Below, piece by piece: positions 37,999 to 56,163 of a DNA stretch of 64,000 bases (position 1 is its first letter; every line of letters starts with the position of its first letter). Made by a program: the position numbers and the translations under genes. This DNA is from the human T2T-CHM13v2.0 reference genome, Homo sapiens. A model generated the notes under the pieces. It was given only the letters and a program-made list of their open reading frames with translations, made no database searches and was not told where the DNA came from. The stretch is from NCBI GenBank assembly GCA_009914755.4, contig CP068257.2:44288001-44352000 (forward strand). Reading direction: 5' to 3'.

Positions 37999-40422
37999 CA
38001 GCGCCTGGCTGTGAGGATTCCCGAAGGCAGCACCACCCCTGAGCAGACCCGTCTGCCCCTCCGACCGTCATGCACCAGCCCCTCCCGGTGCCCTGTGTCG
38101 TCACATGATGCTTGTTGAGGAGCCCAGGCGTCCACCCCAGCGCCTCCTGGCATGACGCCGACCTCACTCCTTGGCCCCCGGAATTCCCACAGGTGGGAGG
38201 TGGTCACAGAAGCTTTGTCGATTCCGTTCTCTTTTTGGCAAGGACACTTCCAGGTGCCTCTGCACGGGCACTGACCCACAGGTGGGCACAGGGCCATGCT
38301 CCCAGCCTGGGCCTGATGGGCCGGGGTGCAACCACCGCCAGCATCTACCATGCTGTGAGTGGGCGGCGGTGACGCACCCACCTGGGAATGGCAGCGAGTG
38401 CCCGGAGTGCCGGATTCCCCCCGAGCTTTCACGTCTAAGGATTACGAGGAAGACCTGGACTACGTGCCTTTATGAGATGCCTCCTATGGGTCCCTGAGGC
38501 CGTCAGGTGCCACCTCACCCCTGCGTGTCCTGCGGAAACTGTGACCTGTGACTCCGGGGTGGGGTGGCCTTGGGGGCACCAGCAAGTGAAGGGTGCACCA
38601 GGGCACTGGGTTGGGGACCTTGCCCAGGACAACAGGCAGGGCTTGTCCAAAAGCCCCTGGCCCTGTTCCAACCCCCAGGAGGGTTCGAGCCCTTTCGAGG
38701 GTCCCATGCTGTGTCCAGAGCAGCCATGCACCCACCTTCTCCACCACAACACAGCCACCCTCCTTCTCCAGAGTGGCCTTTTACAAAGCACAATTACCAT
38801 TACCTCCTGAGTGAAACCTGTCCTCGGGGCGGAGACTGCCCCAGGCCTGGCCTCGTACACACACCCCTCCTGCCCGCCTCCCTCCCTCCAGCCCTGTTGG
38901 CACTGCCCCGTGGCAGCCTCCCGCAGCGGCCGCCTCCGGCTCTGCCTCCTCCAGGGTGCTGTGGCTCCTCCTCAAGGGAGGGCGGCTGGGGGAGGAGACG
39001 CCTCAGTACAGAAAAGCTCGCAGCTGTTGTTGGGTCTGATCCCACCTCTCCTGCTGTTTCCTGCCAGGACAGATGAGGAGTTAGCTCTCCACTTCCCACC
39101 ATGCCTGCCCCTCCTTCACAATCTTTGTTAATTATATTCTTACTCTGTTTCCATATTGAATAACTCACTTAAATTCTTACCATAAAAGATGACAAAGATA
39201 CACAAAAGTACAGAGAACCTAAATACCTGATATAATGCATAATTGTAAGACACACAATTATGTTTCTTCGTCAAGAAACAGAAAATACCCAGCCCCTGAC
39301 TCAGCTTCTAGAAGTAACCGGGCCCTCCCCGAGGTGTAGCCTGGGCCTGAACACACCTGCCCCGGGGGCAGAGCTGCTTTCTCTCCATCCCCTCTAACCG
39401 CCCTTCACAGCATCCTGAAGATTAAGGCTCCCTCCAGAGGTGGGAGGTGGTCTGGGCGTCCCTCCCCAGGCAGCACCAGGGGCTAAACCTCTCTTGGAGT
39501 TCACCCTGTCTTCCCCATGGGCACCTAGCGGGGTTCCTGGAGGCGGAGTCTGCAAAAAGATGGAACTTCCCTCTGTCTGCGGCTCCCAGGGACTCCACAC
39601 TTCCCTGAAGCTCACAGCCTTCAGCAGTTTGTTATAAAATTTCCAGTTCAACCATCTTGCCCTCCGTTGTGGCCTTCAGGTAAGAAAATGCCAGGACCCT
39701 GCAGGTGCCTGTCTCTGGGTTTCAGGTAAGAAAATGCCAGGACCCTGCAGCTGTCTGTCTCTGGATTTCGGGCTAGAGATTTGTCCTGTGACCTCGGTTC
39801 TCTGATGGGCTCAAGAAAAGTTGTTAATCTGCAGTTTGCACAGCTTGTTACTGAATGGAACTGGGGTCAGCCTGCCCAGCACAGAAAACCCAGCCCCGAC
39901 ATGGGGATTTGCAGCGAGAGAAAGCGAGGCGTTCAGTGCAGGGCACCAGGCAAGGAGAACCGGGCAACCCGTGCTTAAGACTGGCACTCTCTGACGGCTT
40001 CCGGCTCAGGGTTACTAAAAGCAGGAGGCAGAGGTCACGGGCAAAGCCAGAGATCAATACCTGGGGCTGCCCATTGGCTTCCCCTAAAGGGTGGGACGTC
40101 TCGAAGCCAGGGGCTACAGGTCATATTCTCTGATTCGTCATTGGTTAAGGAAGGGAAGGAAACTTTACCTGAAAACCCGGGGCCATCAGAAAGGAATGTT
40201 AGCTCTGGCCCATGGGCGTGACTTCCTCCAGGCCCCTCCGGAGGAAACTGAGGACAGAGAATGGTGGTCCCAGTTCAGTCCTCAGCACCCCCACCCCACC
40301 CGATGTCTGTGAGTGACGGGATCTTTTGTTTCTCTGGGGAGCCGAGCATTCGGTCTCTCACCTCCTTGGCTGTTGCTTTAAGCTGTTCTGACCTTCTTGC
40401 TTGTCACGTTGCTCACTGACTT

Positions 40423-40790
40423 TTTTTTTAATTTTATTATCATTATACTTTAAGTTCTAGGGCACATGTGCACAACGTGCAGGTTTGTTACCTATGTATA
40501 CATGTGCCGTGTTGGTGCGCTGCACCCATTAACTCGTCATTTAGCACTAGGTATATCTCCTAATGCTATCCCTCCCCCCTCCCCCCACCCCACAACAGGC
40601 CCCGGTGTGTGATGTTCCCCTTCCTGTGTCCATCACTGTTCAATTCCCACCTATGAGTGAGAACATGCTGTGTTTGGTTTTTTGTCCTTGCGATAGTTTG
40701 CTGAGAATGATGGTTTCCAGCTTCATCCATGTCCCTACAAAGGACATGAACTCATCATTTTTTATGGCTGCATAGTATTCCATGGTGTTT
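40423..40790 (-). mobile_element. L1 (LINE-1) 3'-end fragment (end of ORF2 plus 3'UTR) in minus orientation with a poly-T tail
   Basis: The reverse complement of the L1 3' end is readable: ttttttttaattttattatcattatactttaagttctagggcacatgtgcacaacgtgcaggtttgttac...ctaatgctatccctcccc...cacctatgagtgagaacatg...ccatggtgt. Confidence 0.85.
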
Positions 40791-43088
40791 TTTAAAGCCA
40801 GCGACGTGCCTGGAATTTCCCCCGAAGGGACTCAAGATTTCCCTCGACTTCTGTGTTTGGGGCCCTGCTCCATCTCGAGTTTTCTCTTGTTACTGTACTG
40901 TTCCTTCCAGCTCGACACATCTCCGGGCTGAATCCCAAGCTATTGATTTTTAATTTCATCTTGTATCTGGCAAGTTTGCTAAATTGTCTTTGGCTGGTGA
41001 TTCTGATGGTTTCTGTGGCTGGATTATGTCACCTGCAGATGACAGCCGTCTCTCTTCCCTTCCAATCTTTGCATTTCTTTCTTTCTCTTTCTACACTTAG
41101 CCGTGGTAGGAATAACGCTCAAAATCCTAAGGAAATTGAACACTCAAAGGATTCTTAGCAAAGCAGTTTTACTTCTGCGCAGAGGGGTGCCTCCTTGGCC
41201 AGTCGCCATGAGAGTACATCTGAACAAAGGGGCACGAGAGCCTTTCTTCCTGCCACAAGTCCTGCCCCTGCCCCCGTGCCCTTTCCCCATCGGCCGGGGT
41301 CGGGTTGTACAATCTAATCCCGGTTGGCTGAACATTTGAATTTTTTTAGATAAGGTGAGCACGTAAAAGAGAGGAAAGGGGAAGGGGTGTCTGTAGTGAG
41401 CTAGAAAGTTAGTCCTCTTTCCAAATAAGGACAGGAATGTGAGCTGGTACTGATAATGCCTGGTACTGTGGCATGCCTGGGCATCTAACAAAGGCAGAAA
41501 GGAAAAAGGAAAAAACCGTGTGAGGGGTACTCTGAATTAAAAGATTGATCAGGCTATTTGAAGAGAAACCTCGCCATATCCCACAGCCAGGACATCCAGT
41601 AATAAAACTTGAAATTAGGCAACTTTCCCTCTGTCCTCACTTTGCTAAGAGTTTGTATCACTAATGGGTATTGAACCTTGTGGGATGTGCTTTCTGCATT
41701 GGCCGAGATGTTTTTCTCCGTTTAGCCTGTGACTATGGTGGGCTACACGACAGACCTCCCAATGCATGTGCGTCACATTCACAGACAAGCGTTGCTTGAT
41801 CACGTGTGGTTTTAAAAGCATACGCTGTTGGGTTTGGCAAGCTAATATTTTATTTAGGATATTTTCCTTCACGGGCCTGCTATTTGTTTCATTGTTTTGT
41901 GCCAAGCGCACCGGGAATGGTACCGAGGCAGGCCAGGTCTCACTCACACAGGCCCCCGGGAACAACTGTTTCCACACCGACTGAGGGATGAGGATAAATA
42001 TTAAAAGCTGATAGAGCCAGCGCCCTTATGCAAAGGCTGGACTGTAAAAGACGTCCCCTGAGAGTTTTGCCCAGGCCTCTCCAGGGCCTTGAAGCATGAC
42101 AAGATAATGAAGGAATTCTTAACAGGACCTGTTTAGGATTAAACAAGTTTTACTGGGGTCTGAAGAAACTCCCCAGACCTCCACAAACAAGCTTCCTTGG
42201 AAACTAAAGGAGCTCCCTCAACCTCCGTGATTTAGCAGAGGGCAAGATAAGGGTGATCACCCCAGCACCTGGACCCAGTTAGATTCAGTAAATCCACTGA
42301 GGCTCCAGAGGAAGGTCTTCAGGACTCAGGCCTTAGTGATAGATGAGAAGTTCATCACTTATGTCTTTGGATGAGTGCACACTTACACGCAGACACAGAG
42401 CTTAGAAGGCACACAAGCTCTGGAAAACGTTGGTCTGGCGATAATTTCCAGGCCTTCTCCCTGTAACCGGTTAACTCACTCCTCTCCCAGTTCATCTGCG
42501 TCTCGTTACTGGGCCGAGAGAACAAGCAGCCCCACCCTCGGTTTGGTCTGGGAACAGCACCCAGCAGCTGAGCAGGCAAAAGCTCGGATTATCTTTAGCT
42601 GGTTTTGGAATTGGCTTATACCAGCCTTTTGCCCCTTCTCTAAGTTCTGGGACAGTTTGTCTAAGTTAAGCTTGAGCAGTTCCTTGAGTTTGGCAGAGTC
42701 TACCTGGGAAGCCTGGGGCAGGCGCGCGCTGGCCTCTTCCGGGGTCAGCTCTGGCATTTTATTTTTTCTTGAAACGATCTGGGAATTCAAACTTTCTGAA
42801 TGCAGCTGCTCATAACGTTCTTGTGATTTCTTTGATCCCTCTGTCTGCAGTTATTTCTGTATTTTCAGTCTCTATTTTTATTTATATTTTCCTCTTTTTT
42901 TGCTCAATATTGTCAAAATCAATATATCTTTTCAAAGTATGATCCTTGGTTTTTGCTACTCATATTATTTTATTGTTCTCTATTTCATTGATTTCTGCCA
43001 GTATCTTTGTCATTTCCCTTTTTCTTATTACTTTGGGATCATTTTGTTACATTGCTGTTTTTTCCAATTATTTCATTTGTATGATTAG

Positions 43089-43948
<860 letters not shown>

Positions 43949-44731
43949 CCTATTGAAAATGTATTTATGACTGTATATTTCTAGGTACTCTTAACTGTGT
44001 CCTGTGACTTTTGACATACGGTATTATCATTATTATTCAATTCTAAAGAGGTTTTTCATTCCCTCAAGAGTTCTACTTACCCAAAGGTTACTAGTAAAAT
44101 GTTATTAAATATCCAAACACATGAGATTCTCTCAGGTATCCTTTGAATATTCATTTCCAAATGTTTTGCATCATGGTACGAATTCATAATCTCCATGACA
44201 CGGATCCTTTGGGGTTTACTGAGGCATCTTTTATGACCTAATCCAATGGTCTCTTTTTGTAAGTCTTCCACGTCTGCTTGAGTAGAAGTGTATTCTCTGC
44301 CTGCCACCCGCTCTATGTGGATCTAATAGCTGGTGACTGCGTTGTCAAGTCTTGAACAGCTTTGATGCTTTTTGTCTGATGTGATCTATGTAGAAGGCAG
44401 AATCACGGCCCCCAAAAGATGTGCAAATCCTAAACCCCAGAACCCATGAATACATCATATTCCATAGCAAGGGGGTATTAATGTTGCCAATTAATTAAGG
44501 TTTCTACTCAGTTGACATGAAAATAAAGAGGTAACTCTGGCTTATCCAGGTGGGTGCAATTTAATTACAAACGCTTAAATGGGGAGGTCAGGGGCAGAGG
44601 GATGATGTCACAAACACACCCATGTGTGCTTGGTGCAAAACAGTAAAACAAACAGCAAGAAGGTCCATGAAGGAAAGATCGCCTCTGTCAGTGGGAGTAA
44701 TGAGAGTGGCTGATGGACAGGTGTGTTAGGC

Positions 44732-45138
44732 TGTTTGCACTGCTATAAAGAAATACCTGGGGTTGGGTAATTTATAAAGAAAAGAGGTTTATTTGGCTCA
44801 CGGTTTTGTAGGCTGCACAAGCATGGCCCCAGTGTCTGCTTCTGGGGAAGCCTTGGGAAGTGATAGTCATTGCAGAAAGTGGCCATGGAAGCAGGCACAT
44901 CCCATGGCAAGAGCAGGAGCAAGGGACAGAGTGGGCAGAGGAGCCAGGCTCCTTTAAACAACCAGCTCTCATGGGAACTAACTGAGTGAGAACGTGCTCA
45001 TTGCCAAGAAGATGGCTCTAGGCTATTCATGAGACATCCACCCCGTGATCCAATACCTCCCCCCGGGGCCCACCTGCAACACTGTGAAACACATTTTCAC
45101 ATGAGATTTGGAGGAGACAAAACCTCCAAACCATATCA
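44732..45138 (-). mobile_element. Solo MaLR LTR (MST/MLT1-like), minus orientation
   Basis: It shows the reverse complement of the LTR termini: ctgctataaagaaatacctgg..ggtaatttataaagaaaagaggttta at the left and gagatttggaggagacaaaacctccaaaccatatca at the right. Confidence 0.8.
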
Positions 45139-45792
45139 AGTGGCACACTCACAAGAAAACGTGTCAGTGGCCAAGACGATTTGCAATGAGGACTGGATGA
45201 GGCTGGGACCCAACTCTCTGTCTCTGACATTCCTGCTCATCTCATGGACAGAGGCACTGATTGTTCTAGACCATCTTTCCAAGGGTGTTGTTTTGTGACA
45301 GCCTTGATAATATGTCCTTCCAGATCAAAGGGCAGGTTGCTTACACCCTAATCCTGAAGGTAAAGACGTTTTCTCCCTCCAAAGCAAAGAGCAGGCATGC
45401 TTACTGTCCATTATAAAAGATTCACGTTCCCTGAGCTCAGGGTTCCTCTCCTGCAGTGCAGTCCACGGTGTGTGCAGATGCCACTGGGCCCACTCTGTGT
45501 CACTGTTTGGGAAACGGGGCTCGGAAACTGGTGTGAAAAGTATGCTGATACTCTGTTAGAAAAAAATGCCAACATTCTGGCTACTGATATTGCTGTGAGT
45601 AATAAAGTACTTCATCCTTGAAAAACCAAAAGGCCCAGTTAAGATAAGGTGGACAGAAAAACACCTAAACAAAGGTAAGGCTTGCTATGGAGAGTCAAGC
45701 CAACACTGCCTCCAGTGTAAGAGTTTCTAGTGACTTCGTTCCCCTTCTTTTCCCAATGCAAAGACAGAGATGCCCTTTAAATGGAGGTTTCA

Positions 45793-46095
45793 GCTGGGCG
45801 GTGGCTCACTCCTGTAATCCCAGCACTTTGAGAGGCTGAGGCAGGCAGATCACTTGAGTTCAGGAGTTGGAGACCAGCCTGGGCAACATAGTGAGAGCCC
45901 ATCTCTACAAAAAATACAAACATTAGCCAGGCGTGGTGTTGCATACCTGTAGCCCGAGCTACTTGGGAGGCTGAGGTGGGAGTATTGATTGACTCCAAGA
46001 ATTCAAGCTGCAGTCATCTGCAATCACACCACTGCACTCCAGCCTGGGTGACAGAGTGAGACCCTGTCTCCAAAAACAAAAACAAAAGAAAAGAA
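45793..46095 (+). mobile_element. Alu SINE (diverged) with an A-rich tail
   Basis: It reads agctgggcggtggctcactcctgtaatcccagcactttgagaggctgaggcaggcagatcacttgag...cactgcactccagcctgggtgacagagtgagaccctgtctccaaaaacaaaaacaaaag. Confidence 0.9.
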
Positions 46096-48551
46096 ATGAA
46101 GTTTCATTTATTGATGTAAATTGTTCTTACAAAGCATTTCAAAATAACCAGCTGAAAACAGTCCTATGCCAGAAGGCATCTTTGAGAAGCTAAGTTGGCT
46201 GCATCACCACTTTTCCAACCCAGCTCGAGGTTTTGGCTTGATCACTGAGTTAGGGCGGAGCCCACTGCAGAATGGGGCAAGCATTTCCTGGACTCAGCAC
46301 GCTCGCTTCCAATCTTGCCTTATAGTCAGAGACTGGTTCATTTTTTATTTTTGTTTGTTTTCAAGATTGAATAACAGATCAGCCAGGGCTTTTTTCACAA
46401 GCAAAAAAAAAAGGGAGTTTGGGGGCATAGTACAGATCACAACGAGACAGAGCTGGACAGAGTGGGAGAGCACAGAGTCAGCAGGAGCTGGAGAAGAATT
46501 TCGTTGACCAAGAGATTCCCATGGGAGAAGCAGGACCAAATAGAGAAAACAGAAAGGACTAATTCTTAAAAAATGTGTTTTTGAAAATTTCCAAGTGTCG
46601 TTTGGACAGATTCAGATACAGGAAACTTTTGAACTTCATTTGAAAGTCCAGTATTTGAAATTGGACTACTTCTGTGTCCACCACAGAAGTATTCTTTTTC
46701 CTCTTAAGAATTAGTGAATGACTGTCTGGAACTCAAGCCCATGAGAGCTTCCTCTACTGGGAAAACAGACTCAGCCAGAGGGAGTGGGCCCATCAGATGG
46801 CTCGTACAAAAGTGGACAATTTCTTTTCCAATGGTCAGAATGGATTTGTTACAATGCCGAGAAAAGTGATGTTAGAGTGAAGTCTGTCAAAACCATCACC
46901 CTAGGAGAGCATCATAACACTTTCCCAAAAAGTAAAAATTCATAACTCCAGGGAAGAAAAATGAGAATCACTCATTTTTCTACCATCCAAAGATAACCAG
47001 TGCTGATACTTTGTTAAATTTCCTTTCTGGGGGTCCTTTTCTGTTTTTTTGTTCTGTTTCATTCTGACAAAACAAAACAAAACACTACCTCACACCCTAT
47101 ACCAAAAAAAAGTCAATTCCAGATGGATTTTAGATCTGCATGTCAAAAGTAAGACAATGATCTTCTAGAAGTAAACATTGGAGAAGAGCTTCCAGAGCTT
47201 GCAGTGGGCAAAGAGTGATACCGAGGTCACAAAACCACTAACCATAAACGAAGTTGATAAACAACTATAAAATAAAGAACTAGAAAGACAAAATATTCAC
47301 AGTACACTTGTCTGACACAGAGCCTCATTCTAGAACGTGCAAATAAGAAGACAGCCCAAGAGACCAATGAGAAAAAGACTTGCTCAGACTCTTCAGAAGA
47401 CATGAGAAATCAGTGGGCAACAAGCATACACAAAGGTGTTCGACCTCATTACCAACAAACATGCAAATTTAAACCACAGCGTGGAACTGCTGCCTGGCCG
47501 ACAGACAGCTGAAATGAAACAGGCAGAGATGGCCTGTGGACAGAGGATGTGGAGCAAATAGAACTTCCAGTGATGGCTGCTGGAAGTGAATAGCTCCTCT
47601 GGAAGATGAGTGGTGTCTCCTGAAGCTGAGTATCTGCGTGTCTGTGACCTTGTAGTTTCTACTTCCAGATGTGGTCAAGAGAACTGTGAATGTGTGTGCA
47701 CCAGAAACATCCACTGGGACATTCATAGCACCCTTCTCATGACATCTCCACTCCACAGGCCACCCAAAATGAGTGAGAGAGTAAAATGTGGAGTGTCTGC
47801 GCACTGGGATGCTCCACAGCAATGGGAATGAACAGCCTGCTCAGACACACATCAACTTGGGTTGCCTCAGGGACCTTACGCCAAGCAGGAGATGCCAGAC
47901 ACAGAGTCCATCCTGAGAGAGTCTGTTCCTGTCCAAGCTCAGAAACACAGGAAGCCACCTGTGCTGTAGCAGCACGCGGAGATGCATCCTTTCTGGTTCA
48001 CCCCACGGCCCTCATTGCAGTCAGGGATCCTCTCCCAGAAAGTCCCTGCTGCCAGCCCCTGCCCTTCCAGGGTGCACTCTGGACGTTGCTTCCGTGACTG
48101 GTCTCAACACCTCTCTCCACTGCTCAGGCAGCGGCCTTGGCTCTGGGAGCCTGGAATGTGCAGGAACCAGCTGGCCTTGGAGTGCTGCAGACTCCAAGGT
48201 GCGTCACCTGCAGTTCTGATCCCTGTTCTGGATGCAACCCAGGACCCTGCCCTTGCCAAGCATCCCAGGAACACTGGCACTGATGGCTGAGGCTACATCC
48301 AAGACAGACGGTGAGGAAGGCCCCAAGGAAAGGGCCGTGTGGGACACATTGTCCTTCCCAAGATGATGAGTCTGAGCCTGGCAGGGGAGGCACTGGGAGG
48401 GCCTGTTGTGGGCAGTTCATTCAATGGACACAGGGTGGCACCGCTCTGTGTCCTCTAATGACCATTAGACACCTCTAACCATCACATGATGTGCAGCTCA
48501 GCTTTTCCAAGGGCCTGGAAGTGAATATTTCAGGAGATAACGTGAATAACC

Positions 48552-51022
48552 CACTGTATTCATCTGTTCTCAGGCTGCTAATAAAGACATACCCGAGACT
48601 GGGTAATTTATAACAGAAAAGAGGTTTAATGGACTCACAGTTCCACATGGCTGTGAGGCCTCACAATCATGGCAGAAGGCAAAGGTGGAGCAAAGGCACA
48701 TCTTACATGGTGGCAGGCAAGAGAACCTGTGCAGAGGAACTGCCCTTTATAAAACCATCAGATCTTATGAGACTTATGCACTATCACGAGAACCATACTG
48801 GAAACACTCACCCCCCATAATTCAATTACCTCCCACTGAGTCACTCCCACAACGTGGGGATTATGGGAGATACAATTCAAGATGAGATTTGGGTGGGGAC
48901 ACAGCCAAACTATATCATTCCACTCCTGACCCTGCTCACATCCTCACATTTCAAAGCCAATCATGCCTTCCCATCAGTCTCCCAAAGTCTTAACTTATTT
49001 CAGCATTAACTTAAAAGTCCACAGTCCAAAGTCTCATCTGAGACAAAGCAAGTCCAAAATCTATTAGGGCAGTCATTAAACCTTAAAATTCCAAAATAAT
49101 CTCCTTTGACTCCATTTCTCACATCCAGGTCATGCTGATGAAAGAGGTGGGTTTCCATGGTCTTGCGCAGCTCCAACCCTGTGGCTTTGCAGGGTACAGC
49201 CTCCCTCCTGGCTGCTTTCATGGGCTGGCATTGAGTGTCTGTGACTTTTCCAGGTTCATGGTGCAAGCTGTCAGTGGATCTACCATTCTGGGGTCTGGAG
49301 GATGATGGCCCTCTTCTCACACTAGGCAGTGCCCCAGTGGGGACTCTGTGTGGGGGCTCTGACCCCACATTTCCCTTCCACACTGCCCAAGCAGAGGTTC
49401 TGCATGAGGGCTCTGCCGCTGCAGCACTCCTCTGCCTGGACATCTAGGCATTTCCATACGTCCTCTGAAATGTAGGCAGAGGTTCCCAAACCTTAATTCT
49501 TGTCTCCCGTGCACCCAACACCATGTGGAAGCTGCCAAGGCTGGGGGCTTGCACCCTCTGAAGCAATGGCCTGAGCTGTACCTTGTCCCCTTTTAGCCAT
49601 GGCTGGAGTTGAAGCAGCTGGGACCCAGGGCAACATGTCCCAAGGCTGCACACTGCAGGGGAGCCCTGGGCCCAGTCCATGAATGCATTTTTCCCTCCTA
49701 GGCCTCTGGGCCTGTGATGGGAGGGGCTACCACAAAGGTCTCTGACATGCCCTGGAGATATTCTCCCCATTGTCTTGGCGATTAACATTTGGCTCCTCAT
49801 TACTTATGCAAATTTCTGCAGCTGGCTTGAATTTTTCCCCAGAAAATGGGTTTTTCTTTTCTACCATAGTCAGGCTGTAAATTTTCCAAACTTTAATGCT
49901 CTGTCATCTCTCAAACACTTTGCTGCTTAGAAAATTCTTCTGCCAAATACCCTAAATCATCTCTCTTAAGTTCAAAGTTCCACAGACCTCTAGAGCAGCA
50001 GCAAAGTGCCGCCAGTCTCTTTGCTAAAGCACAGCAAGAGTTGCCTTTGCTCCAGTTCCCGATAAGTTCCTCATCTCATCTCCATCTGAGACCACCACAG
50101 CCTGGAGACCACCTTATTGTCCATGTCAGTGTCAGCATTTTGGTCAAAGCCATTCAACAAGTCACCAGGAAGTTCCTAACTTTCCCACATTTTCCTGTCT
50201 TCTTCTGAGCCCTCCAAACTGTTCCAACCTCTGCCTGTAACCCAGTTCCAAAGTCACTTCCACATTTTTGGGTATCCTTACAGCAGCACCCCCCTCTCTG
50301 CAGTACCAATTTACTGTATTAGTCCATTCCTATGCTGCTAATAAAGACATACCCGAGACTGGGTAATTTATAACAGAAAAGAGGTTTAATGGACTCACTG
50401 TTCCACATGGCTGGGGAGGCCTCACAATCATGGCAGAAGGCAAAGGAGGAGCAAAGGCACATCTTACATGGTGGCAGGTAGGAGAGCCTGTGCAGAGGAA
50501 CTGCCCTTTATAAAACCATCAGATCTCATGAGACTTATTCACTATTGATGCAGGACTTTGCTCCTAGTTCAGCTAAATCTGGGTTCTTGTGTCATGACCA
50601 GGACAAGTTAGGCATGCAGACGTATTGAAGGGTGAGGGGAATGGAATTTATTGGGCAAAAACAAAAAAAGGAAAAAAACTCTCAGCAAAGCAGGAGGGGA
50701 TCCTTCCAGGAGGCTCCCATCTTGCAGATTGAGTTCCAGGCCACCACACAGGAGCTGAAGAGGCCAGGCTCCTCCCTCTTGCACAAGATGTGAATTTCCT
50801 GTGGCTCCACCCCATTCTCCCAGTGCACAGGCAGATTGGAGATTCTCCGGGGACCCTCCCCATTATCTGCCTCCTGTGTCTATCACTATCACGGTAACAG
50901 CACAGGAAAAATCCGCCCTCATGATTCAATTACCTCCCACTGGGTCCTTCCCACAATACATGAGAATTGTGGGAGCAACAATTCAAGATGAGATTTGGGT
51001 GGGGACACAGCCCAACCATATC
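48552..51022 (-). mobile_element. Full-length THE1/MST-like MaLR retroelement (minus). LTRs at 48552-48917 and 50311-51022, internal region 48918-50310. The right LTR carries a nested insert of about 320 bp at about 50560-50880
   Basis: Both LTRs read as the reverse complement of the THE1/MST consensus (gctaataaagacatacccgagactgggtaatttata...caatcatggcagaaggcaaag...caattcaagatgagatttgggtggggacacagccaaac.atatca). The internal ORFs on the minus strand mirror those of the element at 51775. Confidence 0.85.
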
Positions 51023-51774
51023 ACCCACTTCCTGTGGCACTTTGTGTCTTCCACTTGATTTTCTCAACCATCCACCAGAATAGACACTGCATCCCCATTT
51101 TACAGGTGGGTAAACTGTGGCCCAGAGACACCACAGCTTTCCTGGGGATTACACACAAGTATATACTGGAGCCAGGGCTAGAGGCCAGCCCTCTGACTTC
51201 ACTGACCTACTTTTCGTATACTTTTCATCAGAGGCTCTCCCTACAGGATAGTTTTACAAATGCTAATAAAGAAAGGTTGTTTTCCATTTAAATAATTTTC
51301 AACAGCTAAAACGCAGAGCTCTCCATTTAAAACAACAACAGAGGAGACTACTTAGGAATGTGTAACAAGAAATGTGCAAATCTTATATGAGAAAACCTTA
51401 AAACACTCTGGAAGACACGAGGATGAGGTCATTAAATGGATGGATGCCCTTGCTCTTGGATAGGATGACTCCACACCATTGAACGTTTTCCACACACACT
51501 TTATAAATGTAGTGCAATCCCAGTAAAAACACCAACTTTTCTATTGATGTAGACAAATAGATACTAAAATTCATATGGAAAAACAAACAAGCAAGAACAG
51601 CCAGGAAACAGAAAAAAACTCCCTACAAGGGGGCTGGTGGAGAAGCTGCAGCCTACATTAGCTCTGTGACGGAAACGGTGAGACACCAGTGCACAGAGAA
51701 CAGGCCAGTGGAGCAGAACAGAAAGCTCAGAATAAAACAGGGCACCAAGCACTTATGGAAATTTATGTTTCTAA

Positions 51775-54566
<2,792 letters not shown>

Positions 54567-55832
54567 ATGGCATCTCAAATAATTAAAGCAAAGTTGGACT
54601 TTTTAATAAATGGTGCTGGGACAACTCAGTAGCTATTTGGAAAAAGTTAAAATGGGTTCCATACTGTGGCATTAGATGGGTATATATTGGTGTTATGATA
54701 TATATAAATGGGTATATATTGGTGTTATCACATATATAAATGGGTTTTCATCCATGGTTCCTGGCTCATGCCTCCCCTACCCCTCGTTAGTCTTTTGTTA
54801 CAATGTCGGGTGTGTTGGGCCACAGGGGAGGCCTCTCACCTTCTCCTGTCCTTCACTCTAACGTCCCCACCTTGCTGACTGTGGGTCTTAAGACCCTCAC
54901 CTGAGAGGGTCCCACCCTAGACCCTGGGGAAAGGAGTGTTGATGTCATGAAGCTTCTATAAAAGCCCACGAGAACAGTGTTCAGTGAGCTTTTGGAGTTG
55001 AATACATGGAAGGTCCTGGAGGGTGCTGCCCGGGGAGGACATGGAAGCAACAAGCCCCTCCCCCTTCCCTCCCCCTCGGCCTCTTCATGCGTATCCTTTG
55101 CAACATCCTTTATAATAAGCTGGTAATGTACATAAGTGTTTCCCTGGGTTCTGTGAGCCACTCCAGCAAATTAATCAAACTCCAGCTGGAAGCTGGTTGG
55201 TCAGAGGCTCCAGAGGCCCACACTTGCCACTGGTGGGAAAGAGGGAGTGGTCTTGGGGACGGACCCCTTACACTGTAGGAGGTGAAACTAGCTCTGGGCA
55301 GGCAGCGTGGGAACTGAATTAGAGGTGCCCGCTGCCTGATGTGTGGGGAAACCTCTGCACATTTGGTTGCAGAAGTCTTCTTCCATGTTGACGGTTGTTG
55401 TGGTGTGAGAGCAGAGGAGAAACAGGGTTAGAGTTTCCCCCGCACACACACCTCACACCATACACAAGAATACACCCCAGTGGATTTGGGATCTGAATGT
55501 AAAAAATGAAACAAGTACTAGAGGAAATACAGGTGAATTCCTCCATACCCTGAATATGAGGAAAGATTTTTCTAGGAATCAAAACAAAAGATTAATTTGA
55601 CTACATGAAAATAATAGCATTCTGCATGGCCCAAAACACCACAAAGGCAAAGGAAAATTGAGAGACGAGGAGAAGGTGTGTGCTGCACAATCACAGATGC
55701 ATAGCTAATATTCCATATATTAAAAAATTCAATATTTGAGGGGGAAAACATCAAAAACTCAACAGAAAAATGGGCAAAAGACATGAAACATGAATAGATC
55801 ATTTCTCCAAAAATGTATAAAAATGATCTTTA

Positions 55833-56163
<331 letters not shown>

